Assembly: GCF_036321535.1 (NCBI RefSeq)
Contig: NC_087437.1
Location: 70,062,001 to 70,126,000, forward strand
Reading direction: 5' to 3'
Source of the DNA: Camelus dromedarius
Taxonomy: Eukaryota
Length of the DNA stretch: 64,000 nucleotides
Below, in pieces: positions 14,700 to 27,795 of the stretch. How positions within the stretch are numbered: position 1 is the first letter of the stretch; the number at the start of each line of letters is the position of its first letter. The notes under the pieces are model-generated. The model ran no database searches and was not told where the DNA came from. It saw only the letters and a program-made list of their open reading frames with translations. Made by a program: the position numbers and the translations under genes.

Positions 14700-14890
14700 A
14701 ACAGCATGAAGCACTATTCAAAAGCAAAGATACCATGCTATTTGGTCCTCCTAGCATCCCTGAGAGGCAGGAATTATGTTATTGTCCCAATATTATAAGT
14801 GAGATGACTGTGTCCCAGGGCAATTAAATAATTTGCTTATTGTTTTACCTCCACTAAAGAAACTGGTACTAGAACCCACATCTTCTGATC
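14700..14890 (-). mobile_element. MIR SINE
   Basis: GCATCCCTGAGAGGCAGGAATTATGTTATTGTCCCAATATTATAAGTGAGATGACTG. Confidence 0.6.
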
Positions 14891-15564
14891 CCCCCTTCAC
14901 CTCATAATCCAGCGTTCACTGTACTTACATGCCCAGAAAAAGAACTGACCTTGAGAAAGCTGTGGGTTTAGTGACTTCTGACTATCCACTTTGGCTGAAG
15001 TCCATTTCTTTGGTTTTCATATCCCCCAGGGATAATCCATCTCACACAGCCCCTACCCATTCACCATCTGACCTGCCATGCTCTGAAAATTGCAACTGTG
15101 TTTTACCTTTGGAGTAACCAAATTCAATTATAGTTTCTGCCTTTGTGTTTCCTCAGCCTTTTTTCCTACACAAATTGATGGTGACAGCAGTGATACCAAT
15201 TCAATTACAGACCATCTTCTGGTTCCCAGTAATGATTCTGGGTAGGTCAACAGGGACCAGCTAGGAACAAGAATGACCGTGAATTAAAAGGAAAGGATAA
15301 GGAGTGAAAGCCTGAATTAGAAACCTATTTTCACTCACTGGGAAAATTCGGGCCAACTTCTCTCATGTAATAAGCAAGATAAATCACAGAAAGAGAAAGA
15401 GTACGCTGGCCAATTTATGAAAGAGGATTTCTAGAAAGGATTAGAGAGCTTTACAATTATATTGCCCAGGTGAGCAAAATCTGAGGGGTACCAATAATAT
15501 CCTATCAAAGAACTGGGGGTTGTAACAAACACGTCACAGAAGAGTCAATTATTTTTGGCACTTC

Positions 15565-15835
15565 TATTTATTCAAAAAATATTTCTGTTCTGAACTCTCA
15601 CCATGTAGCAGTCTCCTCTAGACTAGAGTGGACAGACTGCTGACAATAAAACAGCAAAGCCCCTACCCCCATGCTGGTTACATTCCAGTGAGGAAGACAG
15701 ATGGGTCACACAGGTGTAACGAAGGACAAAGGAAGGTAAAGGGACTGACAGTCACATGATAGGAACTTGTTCTTTAGGTAGCGGAGTCAGGGAGGGCCTC
15801 TCTAAGGAGGTGACATTTATAAATGAATGAACTGA
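15565..15835 (-). mobile_element. L2 LINE 3' fragment
   Basis: ATTTATTCAAAAAATATTTCTG...TACATTCCAGTGAGG...GTCAGGGAGGGCCTCTCTAAGGAGGTGACATTT. Confidence 0.7.
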
Positions 15836-16309
15836 GGCACAAACATGAACACACACTGTCAAATTCATGCAGGGCTAGGCAGTAATGACATGTAACTGTT
15901 TAGCCTTTGTGTATATGTTTAGTAGCACAGACTTTAAAGGTTACTATTTTTATAACTGTCACTTACCTGGAAATGACTGTAAGAGGCCAAGCAAATAATT
16001 TGTCTCTCAAATGCTAAACTGAATCCTCTACAAAATGAAGCCAGTTTACGAAATCAGGTGACTTTTTTGCTTCATGACAATCCTTTAGAAATCACGTCCT
16101 AAATAGTTATTCTCTTTCTCTTGTGCTACTGTCTGCTACCTGATTGTCCACTCTTGGTCAGCTTTATCTTTGTGTTTACAGACTAATTTTTTGTGGATTT
16201 CTATATTATTTGATATTAAAAAAGCCTAAACAATCAATAATTTAGCATCTCTTTTTTTCCTTAAATCAGAGTTTTGATTTGCATGTAATAAAGTAATGTG
16301 TACTTTCAA

Positions 16310-17620
16310 TTTAAGTCAATTCAACAAATAGTTGTGGTATAAATATTATTACCAAGATAATCTGTTAAGCCAAAGTGGGAGAAAAAGATGAGTAAAACAC
16401 TGTTTAACTCTTAGACAACATACTATGTGTACAGTAGATAAGTGTAAAAATAACTATAATATGAAGAAGAATTGAATTTCTTTCTCAAAGGAAAAAAAAT
16501 CTCAAAATTAAGAGTAGTATAGTGTATAAATAATTTCAAGAAGGAGGAGTGATTTGAAATGAGTCTTGAAAGCAGGTAAGATTTCAAACTGTAGAGAGAG
16601 AACCAGAAGTTATTTCAAACCAAAGGCACACTGTAAACATATAAATGAAGACAAAAAGAGGTAAGGTACATTTGGAGAAGGGTAAATACTCCACTTTAGT
16701 TGAAATGCAGGTCATTATGAGTAAAGAGTGATAAATGAGTTAGTGTCAGATAGGCCAGGCCAACTTTATGAAGAACCTGGAATGCTGGAAAGCAACAGAA
16801 GCCACTGAAGTGTTTTGAATTGGGAAATGTCTCTAAGTGTATCTAGTATAGATGGAGGAAGTAGACGTAAGATGGGAGACTGGCTAGGAATATACTTCTA
16901 AGTTACAGAGGAGAGGTAATGAAAGTCTGAAGTAGAGTGATGGCATTGGGATCAATAATTTCTGAAGAGAAACACAAACTTGTGATGGTATAATTAATGG
17001 GTGCTGGCAACTGATTAGATGTGAGGCAAGATAAAGAAAAGTGTAAAAGATTATTTTAGAAAATAATGGGACATTTTAGAGAAAGTTGTTAAGAAGAGTA
17101 AATGAAGAGTTCAGCTTTATAAATATGAAAGTATCTCAAGGACAGGCAGGTGGAGATGAGTAGGTGGAAATCTGGGATTGGACCTTGGGGGAAATTTGGT
17201 AGAAGAAATCAGTTCAAAGGTGAGAACTGTGGCCATGGGAGGGAATCAAAACATTGGGGAAAGAATTGTAAAAAGAAAAGGCTAGAAAGCAGGGGTCTTA
17301 TCTTAGGGGGATTTTGTTTTGTTTTGTTTTGTTAGGAGCAGCAAGAAAAAGAACCAGAGAAATTAAGATGTAAGAAGGAGTTAGAGGTAGGATAGCAATT
17401 TACTTATGGAAACTAATGGAGGTGAGTTTCAGGAAAAAAGTACAATCAATAGTATCAGATATAACCTTGAGATTAAGGAAGCTTACAACTAAGAAAAGAC
17501 CATGGGATTTACTACTTAGTGGTTGAGAAAAGCTTGTTTAGAGTAGGGCAGGTATAAGTACACGTATACACAAAGGAAAAAGAGTTAGAGAACTTATGTA
17601 AAAAATGAAAGCAGGGTAGG
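16310..17620 (-). mobile_element. Long degenerate L2 LINE
   Basis: Tail TCAATTCAACAAATAG; purine-rich body with GCCACTGAAGTGTTTTGA and GGCAACTGATTAGATGTG. It probably continues beyond the MIR to ~18.9 kb. Confidence 0.6.
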
Positions 17621-17654
17621 AATTCTTAACACAGCACCGAGGGAAAGGGATAAA

Positions 17655-17900
17655 CTAACATTTATTCTGTACCTACTTTGTTCCAGCATTATTCAAGATA
17701 CATTTATGTTTCATCATTTAGTTCTCATATCAACACTATGAGAAAGATGCGATTACTATTTTTCATTACAGATGAAAATCTAAAGTCCCAGGAGGTTAAA
17801 CAAGCTGTTCCAGAACATATATCTATATTCACAATAGGCCTGAAATTCTATCCCTTGGGGGCGAGGGCCAAAGGCCATGTTTTCTCCATGACACCATGAC
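17655..17900 (-). mobile_element. MIR SINE
   Basis: CTAACATTTATT...ACCTACTTTGTTCCAG...TTACAGATGAAAATCTAAAGTCCCAGGAGGTTAAACAA. Confidence 0.7.
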
Positions 17901-19360
17901 ACCATCTTGAGTCAGGAGGCCTAGGATTAGATCCAATGGTTTCAGGAGGGAAGAAGACCAGCACCTCAGAAATGGAAACAAAAGGGCAGGAGGATGGTAA
18001 AATACATACTGAGGAGGAAGTCATCTGCTGTGAGTGAGTGAGTGAAAAAAATAGGAGAAAAAAGTAATTATAAATGTCATAAAATGTAGGAGATAAGAGA
18101 TTCTATAATGGTAGCAGCTGCATAATTGAAATGATCTACAATACATAATAGGCTGGAGAAGAAGGCATATGAGGCTGGAGCAGAGCTTGGAGTAGGTGGA
18201 GTTGAGGACCTGAAGGTCGTAAGGACAAACAGCAGCTCATGGGAATGAGAGAGGGTTAAAAAAAGGACACAAAGTTGTAGAGTAGGGAATCTGGAGCTCA
18301 AGATCACGAGTGGGGCCATTTTGCGTGAGGTAACAAGAGGTGAAGAAATTAAAGAAGAACTGCACCAGGGTATTTATTAATAATGTCCCCACCACATGGA
18401 TGGCTAAGTCTTAACAGAGTATTAAGTCACAAGAAATGTGCTAGTCAAAAAAATATGAATAGGTACATAAATAATAATTACGATTCACACATTGAATTTG
18501 GAGGTGGAAGGGTTTCCATAATATCAGTCAATTTTTGTAACAAGGAAATAAAGAAGGTAGGTAGCATGATCAAATGGAAGAACCTCAATGAAGATGTTAT
18601 CATGGGAGAGTAGTCTAAAAGTAACCACGAGAAATAAGGACATACTGACCACTTTTTCTGGTCATGAGAGACAGGGGAGTTAAAAACGGAACTGGCTTCA
18701 TTGGAGAGGGTTGGGAGAGAAATGGTGTTCCTGAAGAAAATGCCAAAAGATTGGCCAAATCTTTGAAGGAAAGATTGAAGACAAAGGGAAGTTTATCCAC
18801 AATCATAGGACAGAGAGGAAGGAACTGGTTGAGGGATGGATAGAACATAAGGGGGCCCTTTAGATGTCAGACTGAATGGCATAGAGATGCAGGTATTAGG
18901 GAGAATGATTCACGTGCAGGGCTAGGTCCAGAACAAACATTAGAGGAGCGGGGTCAGAAGGTAGGCTGGAGGGACTTCTTAGCAATAGAACAGGGTAAGT
19001 GTCAAGTAAATAGTGATTAATGTAGGCAATTGTAGAACTAAATAGCCCTAGTTTTCTAATAGAAGAAGTGAAACAACAGGGGGAGGGAAAACCAGCATTC
19101 TACAAACCCTTCTCTCCACATGGTTTATCATATTGATAAGAATCCACACTTTTTGCTGGCATAGGAAGGTGGATTAATAAACCATATGGACAGAACACAG
19201 TTGTTTGATGTCTCAAGTGACTGGGTTAACAGAAAGAGGCAATTGTTTAGGACCTCAGCTTAGGTCTACTTCCAAATGATGTCACTATTTTTCTTCTTTG
19301 AACTTATCACACCTAGAATTTCATTTACATTTATGTGTTTGTTCATTGTCTATGTCTCCC

Positions 19361-19363
<3 letters not shown>

Positions 19364-19396
<33 letters not shown>
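19364..19396. repeat. (CA)n microsatellite inside an L2 3' end (~19280-19520, +)
   Basis: The CA run is seen directly and is followed by the L2 tail CAGACATTCAATAAATATTGATTG. Confidence 0.9.
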
Positions 19397-19399
<3 letters not shown>

Positions 19400-20089
19400 A
19401 AAATGTAAGGTAAGTCAGGTCAGGAACCTTGATTAATTTGCTGCCCAGTCACCAGCACTTAGAACAATGCTTAGTATATAGCAGACATTCAATAAATATT
19501 GATTGGCATTGATTGAATGCAGTAAAAGTAAGTGAATACTAGCCAAACAATAGCTGGTAGTAATGCAAAAATGAATAGGATTCAGTCGCTGATTAAAGGA
19601 TCTCATAAAATAAAAGGAGAAACAGGTCAACAAATAATATAAAATTATGGAGGTACAAAAGAGAGCATTATCAGTTCTGCTTTGGTGGAGATCATCATAG
19701 AAAACATTGCAGATTATGGTAACTGGTCTCCCAAATTCAGTGCTCTTACCCCAAGAGACACAAGCCAGTTCATCAGAGTGAAAATGACACTTGAAAATTT
19801 CTAATTTTTTTATTTATAATTCTGTGCAGGTTTTGTAATGTACATGTGTAATATAAATACAATAATACAAGCATATAATTTTGAATATGTAAATTAGCAT
19901 ACCTAAATTTGAGTTTCATGCTCTTAGTTATTGTTTCATGGGATGCCCAATTAAAATGTCACCCATGGATTAGGGGATTAGAGCCTCAAGCTGCATCTTG
20001 AAGGATAACTAAAAATGTGCCTTCTAGTCAAAGTGAGACAGAACAGTCCAGAATGAAAGTAACAGTATAAGTCTTGATGATAACTAGTT

Positions 20090-20540
20090 ATGGGTTATAT
20101 AAATCACTGAAGATAAAGTTCAGAGACCTAAACAGAACAGAGACCTAAAAACTAAATACTTATAAAGAGGGAAGTTTACTTCTCTCATACACAATAGAAG
20201 TCAGTTTAAGACTGGCTCCACTGCCATCATGGACCGTGCTCCTTCCATCTCCCTAGACTGTGTCATCCTTGATGTGGACCTTATTTCTCATGATCAAAGC
20301 TGGATGCTGGCACCTGAATCACCTCCATGTTATAAGCAGAAGAATGGAGAAAGGACAAGAATGGTTCATGCTTCCTGTTTTTAGAGAAGACTTCCTGGAA
20401 GACTTCCACCTACATTTCAGTGGCCAAAACTCAGACACATTACTAGACCTAGTTGCAAAGCAGAGTCAGAAATGAAGCCTTTATTCTAAGTATCAGAATA
20501 CACATTTTGGTTCTTCATTAAAGAAGAGGAAAGTAAGGAA
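20090..20540 (-). mobile_element. MaLR solo LTR (old MLT1)
   Basis: GAAGTTTACTTCTCTCATAC...GACTTCCACCTACATTTCAGTGGCCAAAACT...CCTAGTTGCAAAG. Confidence 0.6.
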
Positions 20541-20546
20541 AATGGC

Positions 20547-20696
20547 CAGAGCTTTACAAATTTTAATGGCCACCCTAATCACCTGAGGATTGCTTAAAAA
20601 TGCAGACTGTGAGAAGTGGCTCAAGATCCTTTATTCTTACAAATTCTTAGTGATTCCCTGGCTGCTGGTCTGTAAACCATATTCTGAGTAGCAAGG
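20547..20696. mobile_element. MER5A1-like MITE
   Basis: AATCACCTGAGGATTGCTTAAAAATGCAGA...GCTGCTGGTCTGTAAACCATATTCTGAGTAGCAAGG. Confidence 0.7.
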
Positions 20697-20704
20697 TTGT
20701 AGAC

Positions 20705-20892
20705 CAGTGGTTCTCAAACATTAGTGTGCATTAGGATCACCCAGGGAACTTGCTAAAACAGATTTCCAGACCCCAGCCCCAGAATGTCTGATTCAGTAAG
20801 TCCAAAGTGGGGCCTGGGAATTTACACTTCTTAGAAGATCCCAGGGCATGCTGATGCTGCTGGTAGGTGGGACCACACAGGGAAAACCACTG
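20705..20892. mobile_element. MER5A MITE, full length
   Basis: TIRs CAGTGGTTCTC...GAAAACCACTG with a typical MER5A interior, 188 bp. Confidence 0.9.
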
Positions 20893-23800
20893 CTATGACT
20901 TCTAGTTTTGATAACAGATTGGAGAGACACTGGACCACAAAGAGACATGGTATCAAGAGAATGGATGAGGTTTGTTGATATTTCTGCCTTCATTTTATTG
21001 TTGGTGATAGCAGTGCCACTGTATTCACACTTTCATTGAATTAAAAACAAATGTCCACTATAAGCTGATCTGATACATATTCTCAAGTCTTCTCCCTCTA
21101 TATTTTCTCCACATTAGCCTGAATCATAAACAGACAGCGATTCTTACTCAGCCAGCCACCTGTACCTAGTTTCTGTGAGTAATATCAATACGTAATACAA
21201 AGAAATTAAAATATCCTAGTATCTCTAGCCAGAACAGTCTCCCCATCTTAAAGGGATGTTTTCTTCTTAGTTGGAAAAATCAACCTACTCCATTCAATCT
21301 CTTGTTTGTTTTCCATGTCAAAATTATTGGGTTACCTACTGATCACCAGACCTGGCCAATTAGTCTGATTATCTCATCACATACTCTCAACTTCTCCAGC
21401 TGTGAGAGTTATTTTTTAATGTTGACTCTTTCAATAAAAAACTCCCTAAGCTGAGACAAATGATAAGTAAAGTGATAAACGCCCACCAGCAATTTAACCT
21501 GAATACTTATTTAGAGCAGTATAAGCGGTACAACAGAGCCACAGGATAGAATTCAGGGGATGAATTATGGTGCTGTGTTTTGAGGCTCTGAGGAAGTCAA
21601 CAGCTTCTGGCACATGAAAATAAAATTGGTGCTCATTTCAAATTGAATGCAGACCATTATATATGAATATATGAAAATAGATAAGATTACTTTGGGAAAA
21701 TGTCCAAGATTTATTCATCCATGTCCTGGAGAAGTAGGAATGAGAACAAGCTATTGAAGATGCAGGATACAAAGATGACTAAGACAAGTCCCCTGCACAA
21801 GAACGCACAATCTAACCTTGTCTACCCCTTATTCCTACCTACTCAGAGAAAGATTTTTCTTTCCCTGAAAGAAAAATTGCAGAGGTGTTTACGTTTTTCT
21901 ATAGTTCCCTTCTATGCTTGGTGGGCAGCGGGATAAAGGCTTCGTCAAAGGAATCTCGCAGCTCCAGCTTCTTCTATATGGTTTCCTGATTTTAATGGAC
22001 ACAGTGGCTATGTTCCAAAGGGTCCCCCAAATGAAAAAACTTAACCTGCTGTTTTAAGTCTTTAATGATGGCCACTTCCCTAAGCATGACCACTTCAGGC
22101 TCTTCTTTTCAAAAATAAAAATAAAATAAAGCCACCTTAGAAGCCCCATGAGTAAAAAAAATAGTCTTAGGACAGAAAGGAAAGCTAAAAGCATCTTTAT
22201 CATTGAGACCCTGTCTTCATTAACAGGACAGCTGGCAACCACCGTGTGCCTTGTTCAAAGCCTGCCATCTCTCCAGGCTTCCAATGTATCCCCTCCAGCT
22301 TGCTCTCTGATCAGTGAGATTGTCTGCGTCTCTGCGTAAAGGTCATGGAATCCTAACAGCTGCAAAACGTACCGAAAGGGGATTAACTACCTTGATTCCA
22401 GCCTACTGGCTGAAATACATGACTCAGAATGAGAATCTCAGATTAGTACTACAGATCGTCCTCCTAGATGCTAGGAAATTCAGACACCTATGTAACCTGT
22501 TTTGGAAAGGGGGCTATCAGTATCATTTCCTCAAAGCTCCTGGAAAGAATAAATAAACAATGAAGTGCTCAAAATTCCTTGACAGTGTTGTTCAATTTCA
22601 GCCACAAGAGTTCTAAAGACAATTACAAAGATCAACTGCATTCAGTGACATAATGACCCAGTTTTCTAGAGAATACATCTAAGACCAACATAGGGAGAGA
22701 CTGGATGTGGGCAAACAAACAAACAAACAAAAACCCTCAAGATAATTTGCCAGATTAACTGATTAATTGAAATAAACACAGAAATCACAGCTGGTTTCTA
22801 GTCATCTGGATGCGTTTGTGAGCACGGTTGGATCAGGCAATTTGGAGTGTGGTGTAGACCTAAGGAGTGTGAGAGCAGCAACATGTTTATTTGTGCTTAA
22901 ATAGAAACACAGATAGATAGTCCAAGCAAGCACTTCCTCCACAGAAAGAAACTGGAAATAACCCATCCCCTAGTGCCAACTAGAGGCTTATTTTAGAAAG
23001 AGTAAGTAGGAATAGGCTGCATGGCCAGTCCAGGAGAATTTAGAGGTGCTCCTCCTACACACCAGGCTCTCATTAGCATGTCTACTCAGTTCCTCAACCA
23101 TGTAACAGCTGCAGACAATAGTGGGAAACTGTCACAGAGAAAGAAAAAAAAGTACTGGAAGGGCTGTTAATTAAGTAAAGATGGAGGGAGAAGTTTTCTT
23201 TAGAAAGCAATGCAACTCGAATGAAGGAAAAAGTTTCAAACAACTCAAAGGAAAATAAATCAGAGTAAAATATGTTATCATTCTGCAAGCTGACACCACA
23301 GTCACCTGTTCGTCAAGCATTTATCCAGCACTTACTGAGTACAACGCACCACGCTGAGTTCCATGAGGAGAAAAGAAATCAGACAATTTATACCCTTTGC
23401 CAATTGGCATTTACTTGCAAGGATAAAATATTTATACCAACAACTGCTATGCAGAATTATTAGATTTAGTCACTTGTGAAATGGAACATACCAGCTGTTC
23501 AGAACTGTTGCCTTATTATAAGCACATTGCTAGGTAAGCTTAAAAGGATGATAAGATGCCACCCTTGACTTTGGCAGAATAGAAATGTTAAATGTAGACT
23601 GTAAAGTCCTGTTGACTCCTTTTTTATTTTCCTTTTCTTAAAACCCATGGGGTCAGCAAAGTGCCCCTCCGTTTATTGGCAGCTCAGTCTCACACCACAA
23701 GCTATATTTCATTCACCCAGCAGAGCATTCAAGGCCACTGTCTGGAATGGACATATCAGGAATGTTAGGCAGAGAGTAGCCAAATAAGTGAGGCAAGTCA

Positions 23801-25449
23801 GTCTAATGCAAATAGAACCAAGGAAAAAAAGTAAATGCAACTAGGACTCCTGGGGCACTTAACAGACACACAAAAAAAATTGTTTATTAAAAAAGTCACT
23901 GCAGAATTAAAAATCAGATCACACTGATGAGAAAAGGAGAATAAAAACAATTTACTGATTAATCATTGTTACTCTTGACCACCACCTTATGTAGTAGTGA
24001 TAGCAGCCCCATTTTACAGATTTATAAACTTGCTATTGAACAGAGAGATAGGAGTTTGCAGAACCAGAATTCACTTCTCAGCCAATGAGCTAACCACTAT
24101 GCAGTCTGGATTCCCACTATGCGGAAACTGCAAATAGTGTTAGTGATAGGTTCCTGATATTTCCATCCTATGACCATGTTTCTTCTCTTACCATAGGTTT
24201 TAGGTTGGGCCATGTGCATCAAGCTTCTGTAGGCAAAGAACAGCACAGAGTCAAAGTGAATGGTGTGTTCAGCCCACAGCAGACAGCAGGCATTGCTATA
24301 CACCATCATTTTCAGACCGCCCAACTCCATTATATCCTTCCTCTGGGAGTGTCATCCTAGAGACTTTGTTCTGGGTAAGCCAGGGTAAATTGAGAAAAAT
24401 GAAGCTCAGCAATCACAAATAATGCCCTGATGTGCAGAGAACCAGGCTCACACCTTCGAGAACAGAGTTCCTTCTTCAGAGCTGCTTCAGTACATCTAGC
24501 CAATAACTACCTGCCCCTTTGGTCTCTGCAGGAAAGAGTTCTGGGTCCAGGCTCACACAGGCCCTCAGTTCAAGAGAATGGACATCCAGGAGGTTGGGGA
24601 TGAGGAATGCAACTTTCACTTGGGGCACAGAGGCAATGCTATCACTGTCTGTTTGCAGGTTCCAATGAACCGGCTTTAAAAAAATCAAGGTTGGGGACAG
24701 CATGAAAAACATGAGAAATATCCTAGTTTTCCACATTTCTTAAGACTGGCTCTGAAATGGATCTACTTAAGTGTGTGGATGTGCATAAATGCTAACTGTT
24801 TAAAAGGAGCAACTCCTGGAACTGAAGCTCAGTTTATTATTCTGTTATTGCTTTTAATCACCATGCTGAGTTTGCATTCTAACACAACCAGAGAGTTTAT
24901 CCAAGTGAGAGTCTGAGAAGGAGGGCGCCAATGGAGCAGAGATGTGCTTAATGCAGACACCATTAATAAATCACTAATAGTTAAGATATAGATTGGATGA
25001 TGGGTGGCAGATGGGAAGGAGGTACATCAAATTGCTTTTCTCATATAGATTATTGGATTAACAAGGAAGCAGCAGGCAAGTGGCAAACTGGTGTAACAAA
25101 TTGCTATCATAAAAAAAAAAAAAATCGAACTTATCCCAGGATGGTAATCAGGCTCTGTAGGCCATTAGCCCTTTGGAGAGGTGCTTGAAGCGGGACTATC
25201 CCTCTGAGATGGTAATACAGGAACGCTCTCCAAACTCCTCCTTCTCTCCTAACTATTGTACCTAAGTGCATCCTGGTGAGGAGAGAGAGGCGGAAGGGAG
25301 GCAGCCAGACTGCAGAGGGAAGTGAACTAAGGAATGTAGCTATTAACAGGTGCATGCCCCTCCCAGTAAGTGATAAGTGGAAGTATATACACCACACCAT
25401 TCTGGCAACCAATACTGGTTGCATTTTTGCCCCCTCCCTTACTTCCAAA

Positions 25450-25560
25450 TTTTTTTTAATGAAGATCCTGGGAATTGAACCTCAGGCCTTGTGCATGCTA
25501 AGCACGCATTCTATCACTGAGCTGCACGCACTCTATCACTCAGCTGCACCCTACCCTCAC
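25450..25560 (-). mobile_element. tRNA-derived SINE resembling camelid vic-1
   Basis: Minus strand: AGCTCAGTGATAGAATGCGTGCTTAGCATGCACAAGGCCTGAGGTTCAATTCCCAGGATCTTCATTAAAAAAAA, giving an A box, a tRNA-Ala-like anticodon arm, a B box and an A tail. Confidence 0.8.
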
Positions 25561-25564
25561 CCTC

Positions 25565-27460
25565 CAACTTTTTATTTTGAAAAATTTCAAGCCTACAGAA
25601 AAGTTTCACTAGTAATAAAATGAGCACCTGATACTATTTTGCAAGATTCACCAATTGTTAACATTTTGCCACATTTGCTTTGTCTTTTATTTTCCTTCTT
25701 TTTGGGGAATTATTAAGTGGTAGACACCACAATTCTGTAGTATGTATCTCCTGAGAACAAGGTCATTCTCCTACACATCCACAATGGAATTTATCATCTT
25801 CAGAAAATTTTAGCCTTGATAACTAATATTATACAGTATAAAATCTATGTTCAAATTTCTCAAATTGTTCCAATAATGTCTTTAAAGCTTTATAATAAAT
25901 CCAGGATTCAATCAAGAATTATGCATTGTTTATTCATTGTATCTCTTTAATAATTTGTATTCTAGAACCATGCCTAGCCTTTTTTTTAACTTTTAAGACA
26001 CTGACATTTTGAAGTGTCCAGACCAGTTGTTTTTGCAGACTCTTTCTCAGTTTGGAGTTTTCTGATCGCTTCCTCATGATTAGGATAAGGTTAGACATTT
26101 TTGGCAGGATGTGTCCTTCATAGTACATCACATCAGGAGGCATATGTTGACAGTTTGTCAAACTCAGTGATTGTAGGCTCTATCATTTGGTTAAGGTGAT
26201 ACTGTCAGATTTCTCCATTGTAAATGTAGTATGTTCCCTCTGCAATTAATAAATAGTTCTAAAACTGGGTGATTATAAGACCAACATTTTACACAATGGT
26301 TTTAGCACGCTTTGATAGCTTTTGTTTGAATCAGTTATTACAGTGGTCATTGACAACCTTAGAAAATAATCATTGTACATTACTTCTCCCTTTATGAGTT
26401 GCTATTGTTCTGTAGAAATCTGCTTCTTTCTTTTCTCCATCTACCCCCACTGTTCTGGATACCACTATGGACTCACAGAGTTTTACTGTAAACCATTCCT
26501 GACATTATTTATACTGATTCTAGTTGTCTCAAATTTGGTCAGTGGAAGCCCCTTTAATCTGGCATTCATGTTCTTTGACATTTTCCTATCCGTGTTTGAG
26601 CATTTCTTTACTTTTTGATTCAACTCAGTGCTCCTGGTCCACCTTGTACTTCATTGCCCCCAACTTAGAATCAGTTTTCCAGGGAGCTCTGGTTCCTTTG
26701 AATGGACAATGGTAGTTAGAAACCAAGATCAGGATGATAAGTACATTCATTACTGCTAACGTATAATTGCTTCTAAGCTCTTTCTTTGTACCTAGCAAGA
26801 AAATATATATTTTGATAAAGTTATCAGTTTGTACTGAAACTTCCAATTATAATTCAATACAACAGGTTCTCTTTCCCCCTTTCCCCCCCCCTTTTTTTTT
26901 ACCACTTTCCTACCATAAGAACTCCATGCCCTCCAAACACTAATATATTTTCTCTTTTGCTTAATTCTGCAATACACACAAAATCGTTTCAAACTATTTC
27001 ACCACCAATAGTTTCTTTTTGTCTTTAGAAGATATCCCACTGAAGGTGGAATGTATTCAGAGTACAGTGTTCAAAATTTACTCTAATTCTGGGTTTGCTT
27101 CTTTGTGTTCATATTATCAGTTTGATATATAGTTCAATTCATGTGTTTCTATTTATATTCAATTTCTAGATTTTACATGTTTGATAAATAAATGTTTTTG
27201 AATATGCAAAATATTACTGTGGTTTAAAAGTCAAAACTAGATTGAAAGGTAAACTTAGAAAATATCATTCTATTATTGCTTTATTTCCACCCATCCCCAA
27301 TAGTCAACCAATTTCTATACTTCCTGTGTTAATGATCTTATATTTCCCTTTGAAGATATTTGTACACATGTATGTGTATTATGATTTCTTTTTCTTTGTT
27401 ACAAAAATGGTAGCAAACTATTTTTACCTTTTTTTTCCTTCCAATATGATATTTTGAAAT
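25565..27460 (-). mobile_element. Old L1M (L1MC/ME-type) 3' region
   Basis: TTTTATTTTGAAAAATTTCAAGCCTACAGAAAAGTT...GATTCACCAATTGTTAACATTTTGCCACATTTGCTTT, with further L1M 3'UTR blocks to ~27.4 kb. Confidence 0.7.
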
Positions 27461-27639
27461 TAGAAGCCGCTTTCAAAATCCTCTGGTTCTATTCTATTCA
27501 ATTTCTCAGGCAATGAAATCATATCTCAGCTCCAAGTAAAATGAGTGGTTCCTGCAAAAAGGAGTTAAGAATATTAGAGAGGTGGGTTATGTTAACTTTC
27601 TGACTCAGGGGTTTATTGTGCATGTATTTTGTTTAATAT

Positions 27640-27795
27640 ATTCCTAAGTGTGGTTCAAATGATCCCTTGAGTCAGAATCAGGTTAAGGTGCTTATTAAAA
27701 ATTCTTATTCCAAAGCCTACTCCAGATCTATCTAATCAAACTCTCTGTAGGGTAGAGCTCAGGAATCTCCATTTTCAAACTCCTGGGCGATATCA
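27640..27795. mobile_element. MER5-family MITE, degenerate
   Basis: TCAGAATCA...GCTTATTAAAAATTC...CTCAGGAATCTCCATTTT. Confidence 0.55.

Noticed and set aside
17630..17652. RE1/NRSE-like CAGCACCGAGGGAAAG
   Set aside because: The right half-site (GGACAG) matches poorly, and the motif lies between decayed repeats.
25450..25560. tRNA-Ala gene
   Set aside because: It has an A tail, a broken acceptor stem and an internal duplication, so it is a SINE.
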